Source: Pecten maximus
Taxonomy: Eukaryota
NCBI RefSeq assembly: GCF_902652985.1
Contig: NC_047022.1
Span: forward strand, 35,650,001 to 35,714,000
DNA: 64,000 bases
Direction: 5' to 3'
Below the pieces are notes generated by a model, which worked only from the letters and a program-made list of their open reading frames with translations, did not search any database and was not told the origin of the DNA. This document shows positions 51,530 through 63,800 of the stretch, piece by piece; position 1 is the first letter of the stretch, and the number at the start of each line of letters is the position of its first letter. Position numbers and translations under genes: made by a program.

Positions 51530-53086
51530 CTACACTTTTTCAAAGACAAGGCTACTGAATTGCCCTTGTTTGACATTTGTGCCATTCAGTCCTGCTTCAT
51601 TGACCATGAAAGAAATGGTCACACCGTCCTTGGCAATTGTTGTTTCCCCATGTTGTCCGCTATAGCTGGCTGGGCCTGTCATTTGCATCACGAGTGAATA
51701 GCGGACATCTTTCTTCACTAACACAGGAGGCACAATCTCTAGTGGATAGGTTTTGGTAGCGCCATTAGTCCTTAAGTCAAAATATTTTTCTGGTAGCTTA
51801 TGCTCATCTTCTTGAATGTTAAGTTTTATTCTATACAGAGCTTCATTCTTACAGCTCCCATAAACAAAAACCTCATGTAGCTTAGCATCATCAGAGAGAA
51901 TGAAGGAAATGGCATCAGCATTTCCACGCAAATATCCTTTACCACTCATGTTGCCTTTAAATCTGTCAAATACGAGTCTCCGGTCTCTTGGAGGTTCTGG
52001 TGGGTCAGCTCTTTTGGTGGTTAAAAATCGATAATGTGTCACAAGTTCTGAATCAGTTAGTATACCTTTAAGAGAGACCTTATCTGTGAAATAAGAGGCA
52101 TCCATCCTTGGAAAGCGAATATACGGTAGAATATTGTTCAGGACACTGCGAGTGTTTCTTGCATTGACCTCTAAATTCTGTCTCTTGATTCTTTCTACGC
52201 CCCATTTTTCAACTGCCTCAAATATCTTTTCTTCTTGCATATTGACTTTGTGGTGCTGAAGTATTTCGATCAGACATTCTTCTGAGAGGTCCATGAATCC
52301 ATCTGCTGAAAATACATTCAATGCATGAAGATATATATACTGTAGACACAGCTGTTTAGTTTCCTCTGCACGAAATAGAACTGCATTCATCAGAACAAAA
52401 CACACATTCTCCACCGACATCCCTGCCCTCATTCGCTGGTCGCATCGTGTAACAAGGCCCTGGATATTGTACTTCTGTGCAGCATATAGAAGGGGAAAAG
52501 CTTCACTCAAATCTATCCCTGTATCATCACAGTAAATGTACCTGAGGGATGAAAACTGAATTTTTAAACAATTTATCGTTGAATCTAAAATCAATATGGT
52601 ACATGTAAGATCATGGAATCATGTACTTAGAATTAACCAGTGAAAATTATTCAGTTTTACAGTGAAATAAAGCTGATATTTCTTTAAATTATGGTAAATA
52701 ACATTTCTTTGTACTTCATACTAAACCGACAATTAAAGATTCCCTGCTGTAAAGTTTACTGTACATAAAGTATTGATTAACCTATGATTAGAAAGTCAAA
52801 AATCTGATTATACTTACAGTAACATTTTCTTAAAAGTAAATGGATCAATGTCTGGAACTGTTATCAAGCTATCTGGCCCTGCCATAAGCCCTTCAAACAT
52901 GGCAAAGAACACATCGCTTCTAGCCATTAAAATGCATTTGTGAGCCCCAATACGTTTTTGGTTGTCTGGGGGTCCGACAATGAAGTGGATATCACAGCCA
53001 ATTTCCTGTTCCAGGATGTAGCGGTTACATTGTTTCAGTGTCTTGCCATTCCTCCAGTTTTGTTGCTCATTGATAAATTCAGCCAT
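51530..53086 (-). CDS. BTB-BACK-PHR protein (BTBD2/3/6-like), paralogue 2, 426 aa
   Basis: Exons 53086-52818 and 52541-51530. Same 269-nt first coding exon and intron position as paralogue 1, with the same BTB, BACK and PHR motifs. Confidence 0.92.
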
Positions 53087-53286
53087 TTGTCCTCAGATGA
53101 TAAACAACACCCAACATCTGTGATAAAGATAGTAAGAACAGAGCAATCACTGCCACAATCAGTTGTGGTTATGATAATCTAAGAGAATTTGTTTTCAGCA
53201 GATGAGAAGATGTAGCCAGTTCTACAGTATTAATCAAGCAAAGTACCATATTCCTAATAGATATTTCAGTCACTTATCTTTTAAGG

Positions 53287-53290
<4 letters not shown>

Positions 53291-53351
<61 letters not shown>
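53291..53351. repeat. (TG)15 fused to a G32 run
   Basis: Seen directly. Confidence 0.9.
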
Positions 53352-53352
<1 letters not shown>

Positions 53353-54069
53353 TTAGACACAAACTGGTAAACATAGGCTACATGTACAGTGGTTCTGTTT
53401 CCTATAAAGATGCAACAATAAGTTGATTTGGGAGCGATTCTCTAGGTTTCAGACTAATAATAAGACAGGTTAAACTAGTAGAAATGTCCTGTTAGCCTAA
53501 TAGTAGGAGTTTGCATTAACAGCAAAAGGTCGATAGTTTTTAAAGGTACAACTACATTGTATACTGTTATGTACACACGTACATAAAACATATATATGTG
53601 TACATGTACATACATTTTGTATGCACAACTATATGTAAAAAATGCACAGCTAGGGACCGTGTAAAAAGTGAATGAATTTAGGTAATGTAAAGCATATGTA
53701 TACTGTATCTATAGTATACCGATGTGAAGTTTGAAAACTTATTTTATGTTTGGTTGTTGATCAGCTCCTAGATGTATCTATGTCAAACTATGATTATGAA
53801 ATACCAAAACAATCACATTAAGTATCTTACCAACAAGTCGTTTTCAGTCTTGAAAGGATACAAAACAGCGGAAATTCAATTGAAACAAACCGAAAGTGGA
53901 TTTCAAGCGCATAATTCGTGATGATCAATAGAACGTTTTAATGGAATTCCAATTTTAGATTCTCAGACCGTAATATCTTTCCGGATATCAACAACGTGGC
54001 CTATCGAAAATATAAAACAAAAATGTTATACAAATGATTTATAGTATACGGATATTTTTAAAAGAGAAA

Positions 54070-54500
54070 TTTTTTTTTTTTACAATATACACATAGAGGA
54101 TATATATTTGGATAAATTTTATAATCTACCCACATTTTCATAGGGATTTTTGGTTTTTATCATATACATGTACATACATGGTATTTGTATAAGGGTAATT
54201 GTTTTTTATAATATACAAGCAGGGAATTGTTGTAGGTATAATTGGTTTTTGTAATATAAACAAATGATATCTTTATAGTGATGATAGGTTTTTATAATAT
54301 ACACACATGGTATTTTTATAGAGATTATTTGGTTTTTTTATGATATACATTCATGATATTTTTATAGGGATTATTGTTTTTTATGCACACAGGGACCTTT
54401 TATATGGATTATTTGTTTTTATGATATACACATATAGCAGTTTTATACGGACTATTGGTTTTTATAATGTACACAGGATACTTAATAATTATTAATTTTT
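54070..54500. repeat. Degenerate ~43-bp AT-rich tandem repeat
   Basis: Recurrent TTTTATAATATACACA...TTTTATAGGGATTATTGGT. Confidence 0.7.
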
Positions 54501-54984
54501 GTAATTGGGTTTACATGTCTTAATTTGATGTTCAAGGGCATATTATCATGATTTCCATGACAGATTTCGACTTCTAAAAGAGAATTGAGCAACAACAGGT
54601 TTCGAAAGATGAATGTTGATGGAGACCACCGGAATGAAATGATAACTGGGGAAGCATCATTGTCTACATCATGAGCCCATTTAAAAAAGAAATCCTCGAC
54701 ATGGCTATTTACTCTAGTTTAGCTGCTACCCTAGTTCTCAGTTTAACAATGTAACGTAACGGATTTGACCTAGGGTTTCGTTTTTATGTCAGCACACTTC
54801 ATTGTTAGTGTAGTTATTAAGCAATACATTTGCATATCAAACATTAATGAGAATGGAAGTTTGTAATAAAAAAATTATCATATATGTTGTCTTGTACTAG
54901 AAAATGGAACAAGAAAGTAAGAATACAATACTTCTCTGAGATATTCAGACATTATGAGCGGCTAAAACCAAACGTTTAACTGAA

Positions 54985-55098
54985 AACTTTCCTTATCAGC
55001 CACACATATAAACGTTGGTTAAAAGAGCCATTCCTATCACCTTATCAGCTTACAGACATGCAGTGACCAAAATTGACTGACTGAGATAAAGTGCCACG
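54985..55098 (+). promoter_or_regulatory. Putative promoter of the secreted-protein gene (TATA plus GATA sites)
   Basis: TATAAA at 55007-55012; identical CCTTATCAGC at 54991 and 55040; AGATAA at 55084; strong Kozak GCCACGATGG. Confidence 0.45.
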
Positions 55099-57129
55099 AT
55101 GGCGTTTCTTCTTTTTATAACATATCTAACTTTATATTTGCAATTATCATTTGGATTTCTTTTTCAAGATTCTGCAGGTAGGATTATCCAACGTTACATG
55201 ATGCAATAGTCAAAATGTACATTATATCACGCTTCAAAATCACTCTTAGTTGTTAATTTTCACAAAACAAAGCTTGAAAATGTGTGAACCATGTATAAAC
55301 ATTACTTTTGGATTTCAAATACAGACCTGGACTTTCGGAATGGAACGTTGATTGGCACGGTTCAAGACAGCAGAGTTGTAAAAGTTTCAGGATGTGCAGC
55401 TAGTCGCAAACATCCGGGTATCTTGTACATCCACAACGACCATCATCACGCAGGCTCCACCGTATTTGCAATAGACGCAACGACAGCTCAAGTGGTCGGG
55501 AGTATTACTTTGACTAATGCCGTGAATGCTGATTGGGAAGACATAGCTGTCGGTCCTTGTCCGTTCCGAGCGGGATTAACATGTATATTTATAGGTGACA
55601 TCGGCACGGACAAAGGACACCCGGCAGCGGATAATGTGTATTTGATTGCAGAGCCAGATTCGGTTAAAGGAAACCACAATATAACGTACGAGAAGATACT
55701 ACAATACAGGTACGTGTATATTATGCATTTATGGCCCTGGATGCAGGGTAATATGAAGTTTTTTTTACTCGAAGGTACCATATTTCCCGAGGGCTTGCCC
55801 GAGGGAAATATGAGAGCTGAAGTTAAACGAACCTTCATATTACCCTACATCCAGGGCCATATATTGTTTATTATACCGAAATAATCAGTAATGATGCTAC
55901 TCAAAAATAAACTGAAGATACGAGATATCATTTTTATCACAAACCCCTGTGATCCCGGTCGCTCAATTGATACGATTCCAAGTCAATGTGTTATTGACAG
56001 TTTCTTTTAGAAACTCTTGGAAACAGTTGGCGTGTACATTTGTTGATATTTTCGTGTTCTGAGCAATCTTATTTTGCAGAATTTTATCTACATTTGTATT
56101 TCTGCCTCTTCGACTGCAGGAAAACGTTTGCGTTTCTGTTCGTCTGCCATTTGTAAATAACTGCAGACAACTCCTCGCAACAGAATGTGGGGGTCGCCAT
56201 GGGAGCATGCGGTCCAGAGAGATATGATATTTATCGCCCTGGCTCACGCGCCTTAGGGAGATATGATGTTTTTTACTAATAACAGGCATTTTTATAAACA
56301 TGAGGTATACAAATTAAGGTACTCCTGCTATTCTTAAGTTTTCACATACACAGTGATCCTCGTCTCAAAGGAATGTTATTGACTATATATATGTATATAT
56401 ATATACTCTGCATCATTTTGTAATAATTATTTTGCAATCATTTTGTTTTGTTCCCTTTTGCGATATTTTGCAGGCTTCCTTGTGAAACATGAAAAGACAA
56501 CTATTTTGTTTTATTTTGATGATCGCAAATATTTCATACAGACTTATCTGTTACAGTAAAGCTGAATACTGTTTAATTTATTATAGTTTGATTGATAACC
56601 AATGTTATATATGCCGTTCATTGTATGCTAAAGTAAAAGACCAAATCATAATTTTGAAGATTGACTTTATAATTACTTTTTTACCTGTTTATTAGTTCCG
56701 ACGAGCTAGGTTCTGACACTCTCATGGTGGACTCTAATGGCGAGCTTTACATGATAGCAATACAAAGAGGGGGTAATGGCGGATATTACCACATTCCTAA
56801 AAGCGCTTGGAATACAAACAACAGAGTTTCCTATAACAGCAAGTGGTCACATGGATTTGAACACAGGTCACGAAAAAGATCCGGTGGCCGGTGACATTTC
56901 TCCGGACGGAACGGCTTTGCTTGTGAAAACCCAACAACACATGTTGCTATGGAGATTTGATGTAAAACATTGGGCAGATATGTTCCAACGTCAACCTCAG
57001 ATGGTTCCCTATACCTACGTTTGGCAAGATGAGGCTGTGTGCTGGAACCATGATGGCACGGGATACTACACCATTCCCGAGGGCACTAACCCACCGTTAC
57101 ATTTTTATCCAAGCACTAAATCAGGTTAG
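55099..57129 (+). CDS. Secreted protein resembling a bacterial uncharacterised beta-propeller family (SG.AASR..PG / DWEDIA / GDIG / DISPDG); one +1 frameshift in exon 3
   Basis: Exons 55099-55177 (signal peptide MAFLLFITYLTLYLQLSFG), 55325-55709 and 56696-57129, GT-AG. Total 898 nt, one base over frame; about 298 aa if corrected. Confidence 0.75.
55730..56313 (+). mobile_element. Hairpin-ended element in intron 2 of the secreted-protein gene
   Basis: 29-bp arms at 55730-55758 / 55833-55861 (1 mismatch), inner hairpin CATATTTCCC..GGGAAATATG, degenerate IR TTTATTATACC / GGTATACAAA. Confidence 0.55.
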
Positions 57130-60100
57130 AGGATTAAATCATGGATCAATATACAATACAATTTCAATTTATATAGTTGTGATGTATTGTTATATTTTTT
57201 GACCTATTTTGTGCTGCTACCGTCGTCTCCTTGGTATCAACACTTTAGGCCCCTCAGCATCACTGACGAGAACGAAACAGCTTTATGGCGCAGTTTAATT
57301 AATTATAGGCTTTACTGTAACAGATTTACAGTTTGTATTCAAAGGTCTTATATCTTATGTATTCAAATGTGTACAATCCGTTGGGATTGCAGTTGGTAGA
57401 ATCTTCTGGTGGACTGTTGTTCCAAGGTTTCCTGTTATCAGCATGATACGCTTTTATTCATTTGGAAAACGGCACGGTTCATAAAAATACACATTTGTTA
57501 TAAGCAATTGACAATTACGAAATGTATTGAATTACAGAGATGTTGCACCTCCCCCGTCCATAGTTTGACATGTCTTTAGACCTATCTAGAGTTAATTCCC
57601 TCCGACGCCTCCTACGTTTCAACACTTGATACTATTATTACAATTACTCTAACTCAAAATGTGAAGGTGCTACTATGTCATATATAATATTGTACTCTGA
57701 AGGCAAACGATAGAAGGGTTGCACCGTATAAATGAGCAACCACCTTTAAAGGAAAATGGTGGATTGTCATGTTAAGCTCTCTTAACCTGTATTGCGCAAT
57801 ACCAATAATTAATTGAATGTGAGTGAGTAGTATATGTTATCTAGTTTCTAACATTGTTAGATGTTTATAATTTCATGAAATAAAAATTGTTTGAACTGCT
57901 CTTTGAACAAGACACTTTTTATTTTTTTTGGTTAAATACAATTTTATTTGCCTAGACATTTATACACAATACAATGGACTGTCTGGAGATAGGCAGCTCC
58001 AGCTACAGTCCATAATACAAAAATATTCTCAATCTGTTGTCCTTCACTCATCACGTCTGTTTTATATATATTTCACACACTCAATTTCACTTTAATCACA
58101 TATATACTTTATTATTATGTCATATATTATATCTCCTACATGTTGAATATATAGACCTTATTATAAATATAAATATCTTAAACAAGACAGATTTTAAACT
58201 TGACTACCATTTCATATCTTAGCAGGTAAGCACTATTATATTCCCAGATATCCAGCACGCTGTACAAATTACTTTGACCAAGTTAAAATAAATTGATTAT
58301 GGAATACCTGTAGGTCTTTTCGATGATTGGATTAAGATAATTTTCCATATGACTTGGGATATCTAAACGGAAGTGTAGGGCGGTAGAGTCGACGTTCTCT
58401 GATGGAGACCATAGCCGGTAATAACTAACAATCACAGGCTGTTTCCCGGTGGTAATCCTTCCATTTCTTCAATCATAACTTGCTTCCGCAAATTCATATT
58501 CCTTACGTTGTCACATATGTTTTGTTATACATCTTAAAAAACCTGAGAAGGATAGTGACGAGAAAGCAGTACTAGTAACTTATGTATTTTGACAAGAACT
58601 CATAAATAGAAACTTACCTAATATAGACGATTAGTACCATATTATATGTTCAAATATGAAAACACTCAGGAATACTATCTACTGGATTATATATTCCATA
58701 TTACAGTTCGGACAGGTACAATTTCATCAAACGGTAAATAAAGCTCATTTATGTCCTGTAACGCGATATGTTATAAAGTCAAGTATAAGGTATTGTAACC
58801 TTTGTAATATTTAAGGAGCTAAATAAGATATGGAGTACTGTATGATGACACTTCACAATATACACGATGTATTAGTGCATAGTAGCAGTATAATAAAGTG
58901 GTATACTACATAGTTTTAATGAAGATAATGATATAAAATTAAAATCAATAAAGTCAAGTCAAAATATGAACAAAATTATCACATCCAGAGGGTAAGAATC
59001 TTCAGCTTCATCACCGAAAATCCATGAAATACCGCGTTTTCAAAATTAGAGTCAATTAATAGACATATCAATGGGCATCGAATACGTCTGTCGTCATTAT
59101 AACAAAGGGAAATATGACTTTCTGAAGCATTTATATGTGTTAACGTGTCAACAAGATGATGCATATTTGTATTAGATGAATTCAAAGAAAATGAATAACA
59201 TATTTCAATAGAAAGGGAAATTATACCTGAGTGGATCGTTGATGACTTGCACAGCGGTGAATGTTAGAATGATAGTTAATATATATCAAAGCAATATGTA
59301 TAACCAGATGTTACTATCAGAAAATGAAAAACAATGTCGTTAATGAATATTCATATGATGTGTATTGACATAAATGATCATTTCATTTGTGAGTATCTAC
59401 TGTAATTACAACATGCCACAATATTGATACACACATAAAATAATTTATTGCTAAAGTCATTAATTAGATACAGAAACACAAGCAGTGGTATACAAGGGAA
59501 TTACTACAGACAGATGACGAGTTAGGTGAAGGGACAAAGACGTATGAGAAACAAATGAGAGAGTATGATTTAACAGAAGTACGAGAAGTAAGTACTAGTT
59601 TAGTATTAAGGTTCAAATGATTTTTCAACTCGTGCAAATAGGTAAAAAAAAAACCAGAAGACCAGTCAATTTCAAGTACTGTTCAAAGATTGGCCAGTGT
59701 TCAAGTGATATATTATCATTATGATTGTTGTAATATCCCAGAGCGCTAATTAACAGAATACATGTACATATGTTTGTTGTGTTAAGGTAATATATTCGTT
59801 TTAGAAGTCTGCGTTTTTTTTCAAAGGTCATGCTATGCATATACAGTCATTAAAAAAGATTTTAATTTTCAGTTCATATAGGTGGAACATTGTAGTTAAC
59901 GACTTTTGCAATGTACGTTTGTGATTTGGGATACAGTGAAGATACTTAAATAATAACAAATTAGTATCGAACATCAAGGTAACGAAGATGCCGAAATTAT
60001 GATTCTTTAATAACCACGTGGCGGCAATTATCCAAATGGCATCCATTGGTATATTCTAGCACGATATAAATACATTGTATCCGCAAACACAGATAACACC

Positions 60101-60394
60101 GATACTGTACAGATGACACTTGTAACACTAACAAGAGATATCAAAGTCTGATCAGAGCAGATATATTCACGATAAATAGTGTTAGTGATTATAGTTTAGT
60201 GACGGGATGACTATAATTTCAGTGTGCTTCTTTATTTGTGAAAAATGTTTGTGTCTGACAATTTTCACTTTACATCCGTCCGAAAAACTACGTTTAACAC
60301 TACTGCTATATTAGCTGGTTTATTTCCAGATTGGATGCTTTGATGACAGGTTGCACGAGTCTAGCAATCAGAAAACAATTATCAGTCCGGGAGA

Positions 60395-62130
60395 ATGGAC
60401 AGAGGACCAATGACACTGAGGGACCTATGGACACTGCGGACACTTGTTTTTGTTGTTGTTGCTTCCCTGGTGCCCATCCCCCTGCTCATCAATGGAACAG
60501 CGGTAGGTTTCTCTATACAACCATTACAAATCTACTAAAAGGTGAATATGTTATTTACACATCATAAACATCATCACTATATGTGCTAAGAAAAATATGA
60601 TTTTCAGAAGTTTATGGCTTTTAAAAGGCAAATAATTCATATTCATTAGTATATAATTCGCATTTCACTGGAAATAATTCGATGGCGGTACCAATTCATG
60701 ACGATGACAAATCGTTTTGTTTTCTCCTCATTATATCCATATAACAAACCTCTTGATTTTACTATGTGCTTGATTATATAATTGATTACAACATTAAATG
60801 GTTTGTTATTACAAAATGGCGATGATGTGACAAATTGCTGTTTAACATCTTCTTGATATTAATTTGAATATGTTGGTTTTGATGAAATAATAAACTACTA
60901 ATTCATTGTGGTTACTGAGTCATGTAGGACGCGTGATAACGACAGAAGTACATTAACAGTGGTAACACGTGTATGTATACAGCAGTATATTGTACACAGA
61001 TGTACTAACAGGTGATTTCGTACATACATGTCCGATATAACAACATTTAAACTGCAGGGTTTCCCTTTGAATATCTCGATTGTTTTCTTTTCATTTAAAA
61101 ACGTCCATAAAGTTAGCATAATCTCTATTGGAGTTTTGTAATGTACAGTGTATATTAATGATATCAGTAAAATCGAAGTTATTAATAGATTCGGGTCGAT
61201 ATTCCCTTATTTAGGTAAACGTATGATACAAAACAACATCTAAAATAAGGTTATAAAGGAAAACAACAATTAACTATTTTTGTTCCATAGTTTCTTTGTC
61301 ATGGCGCGATCCATTAATTATGCATCATCGTGTTGTTTATAAGCTGCTAAAATATAGAGTTTTAATTTAGGAGTCGCGGTGTGCATATGTCATGATCGTA
61401 ATGGCTTTGTTGTGGATTACGGAGGCCATTCCTATCCCTGTGACGTCACTGCTTCCAGTGTTCATGTTCCCTATGCTGGGCGTGGTTCCTGCAACTGACG
61501 TTTGTACAAAATATATAAATGTATGATTACTTAATTACTTGATAAACTGCAAAAGGAAATGTATGCCACTTAATTGGCTAGTCATCCAGCTTACTTTTCT
61601 ACTCTTTAATGTTCCATATGACCAAGAACTGTTGACAAATGTTATGATTTAAAGGTACTGTAAATATTTCACTTGGGAGTTATTTTCGTATTTATACCAG
61701 AGTCAATCACAAATTAAAATCCTTCGTGATTATTTGTATGAAAAAAACACCTTTGGCGACCGAACTATCGGCTACCAATATATAAACTTGTATAGCTCAT
61801 GACTCTGATAGCTCATCATGTATTAGTAAATACATGTATATATAAAAGGTAACTTCTCAAAATAAAGCATTCATGAAATCTACTTGATTTAAAGTGTATC
61901 TTGAACATTGAAGATATATAACAAAAATGATTTTGATAATTACATTGCAAGCCTGGTTTTTACATATAGCATAAACAAAATTAACTGATGTTGTTAAATT
62001 ATCACACGATACAGGATACATCCATGCTATTTATCGGAGGCTTGGTCATAGCTGTTGCTGTTGAGGAAGTCAATCTACACAAGAGGATGGCCCTAGGAAT
62101 CATACTGGTCCTAGGTACTCAGCCAAATAT
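60395..62130 (+). CDS. SLC13 Na+/carboxylate-sulfate cotransporter (INDY/NaDC-like), first three coding exons; continues beyond the window
   Basis: Exons 60395-60502 ([36 protein letters not shown]), 61371-61520 ([38 protein letters not shown]...) and 62015-62130 ([27 protein letters not shown]...). GT-AG, consistent phases. The paralogue cannot be assigned. Confidence 0.92.
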
Positions 62131-62899
62131 GTGAGTACCAGGGTCTTATTGCAATAGGAATATTCTTCCTTTGGAACTGACATATTCGTGAAACTGCTCT
62201 AAAATACCTGACCCGCATTACGTCAAAATACTGTTTTCACATTGTTAGGAGTAAAAACACCTGTTTTCTGGTTTGAGGGGAAAGTAGTTTACTCCTCTGT
62301 ATGAAGAGGGTATTTAAGATTTCTTATATTATCACTTTGATAAAAAGCAGTAACGTTTCAGTTTATTTTCATTTATTTCAGTTAAAATATTTTTGTTACA
62401 TATATGTCATCTACAACAATTAAAGAAATTTACGAATCTATAAAATTATGACATCATAAATTATCAAAATCGATGTAACACAAGTTTCAGCGTCATTCCT
62501 GATACGCAATTGACACGTTTGTCTACCTCGTATGCTGGTCTGACCGATTAGACATAAATGGATTGATTGATGTGTTTAAAGGCCCGTCGACAGCTATGGT
62601 CAATTTGGGCCAGACAATATTAAACTCGGGTATATAGAATTTTATGATGGCTGGGGTATATGGGTGTTTTAAACTGTTGGAGTTAAAACCACGTGGTAAA
62701 AGCCTATATATTTGTTTAAAAATGGATTTAAAACTGCAGATAAATTGTAACACACAAAACCAGATGGTAGACTGGATGTTGTAGAAAATTGATTATGGTG
62801 TGTAAAAAGTAATGAAACATATAGAGTTACATTTTCGTAACGAGATAAATCTCTTTCAAAATAATCGAATATTCGTTCCAATGCTACAAAGGAGAAGTT

Positions 62900-63090
62900 C
62901 GTATACATTTGACTTGGATGTTTATCTGTCACGAAAACGTTTGTGATCAGAGCAATGTGCAACGGTGAAAGGGGAGTCCCATCCAGAGCACACAGGTGGG
63001 TCTTTAAAGGTGTGAATGGTTGAGATACGCATGTCCAGTGAGAATTCGATTGATAACTACTTGTACCTTGCGACATTTTCGCTTTGATTA
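62900..63090 (-). mobile_element. Degenerate I/Nimb-clade LINE C-terminal remnant
   Basis: Frameshifted peptides QVVINRILTGHAYLNHSHL and DPPVCSGWDSPFTVAHC resemble the RLRIGHT / P.C..C...TV.H zinc knuckle. Confidence 0.5.
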
Positions 63091-63651
63091 GACATATTAT
63101 CTGTCTAAAATTACTGTCCTTTGTTGTTACATACTGACAGGATTGGCAGCACAACTTTTATTGAGGAGAAGATTTCCCTCCGAATAAAGTGTCAATTTGC
63201 TGCCAATGAAACTATTCTAATCCATCCATATAATCCGTCTAACGCAACACCACTTCTAAAACAAACATCGATAAACGGCTATAATCCCAAGCAATCGAGC
63301 AGTAAAACATTAACTGAATCATAATTTTGCGACACACACACACTTGTGTAAAATATTAAAACGAAGTTTATTTTTTACCTAAACCACTTAATAAGCTAGT
63401 TTATTTTGCCAGGATTTTCGCATGTTGACTGTTACCAGATAAGATATGAATCGTTTCTAATTACATTGTGTATGTATCCCCAAAATGGTATTTAACCACG
63501 CTGATCCAAAAGTTTGAAATAATAACCGGATGCATATGGATTTCCCTCTAATGATCAGATCACGCCCACCGTTCAACACATTGCATAGCTGATATTTATA
63601 AACTTATATATTTTCTTACCAATATTCTAACCACGTTCATTCGTCCGGTAT

Positions 63652-63800
63652 TTATAACATCTCTAGATATATATTTATTTGCATTTTGCCAGTGAAATAT
63701 TGAAATTGATCAAAGTAACAAAACTAATATTTTCACTGCAGAGATGAGCAGTGAAAATATAAGATTTTGCAGTGAAAACATAAGTTTTGCAGTGACAAAT
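63652..63800 (+). mobile_element. Probable end of another element of the 38670-41300 family
   Basis: TTTATTGCATTTTGCCAGTGAAATAT...ATTTTCACT closely parallels 38674-38738. The other end would lie outside the window. Confidence 0.4.

Noticed and set aside
55291-55884. 197-aa single-exon ORF as the gene model
   Set aside because: Its ends are intronic (splice sites at 55325 and 55709); the tail translates a hairpin element.
2564-62130. Sulfotransferase plus SLC13 as a sulfate-handling gene cluster
   Set aside because: They are 45 kb apart with unrelated genes between, and the SLC13 substrate cannot be determined from three exons.
62669-63154. 161-aa ORF as a gene
   Set aside because: No recognisable domain; recognisable LINE motifs lie in the other frames.
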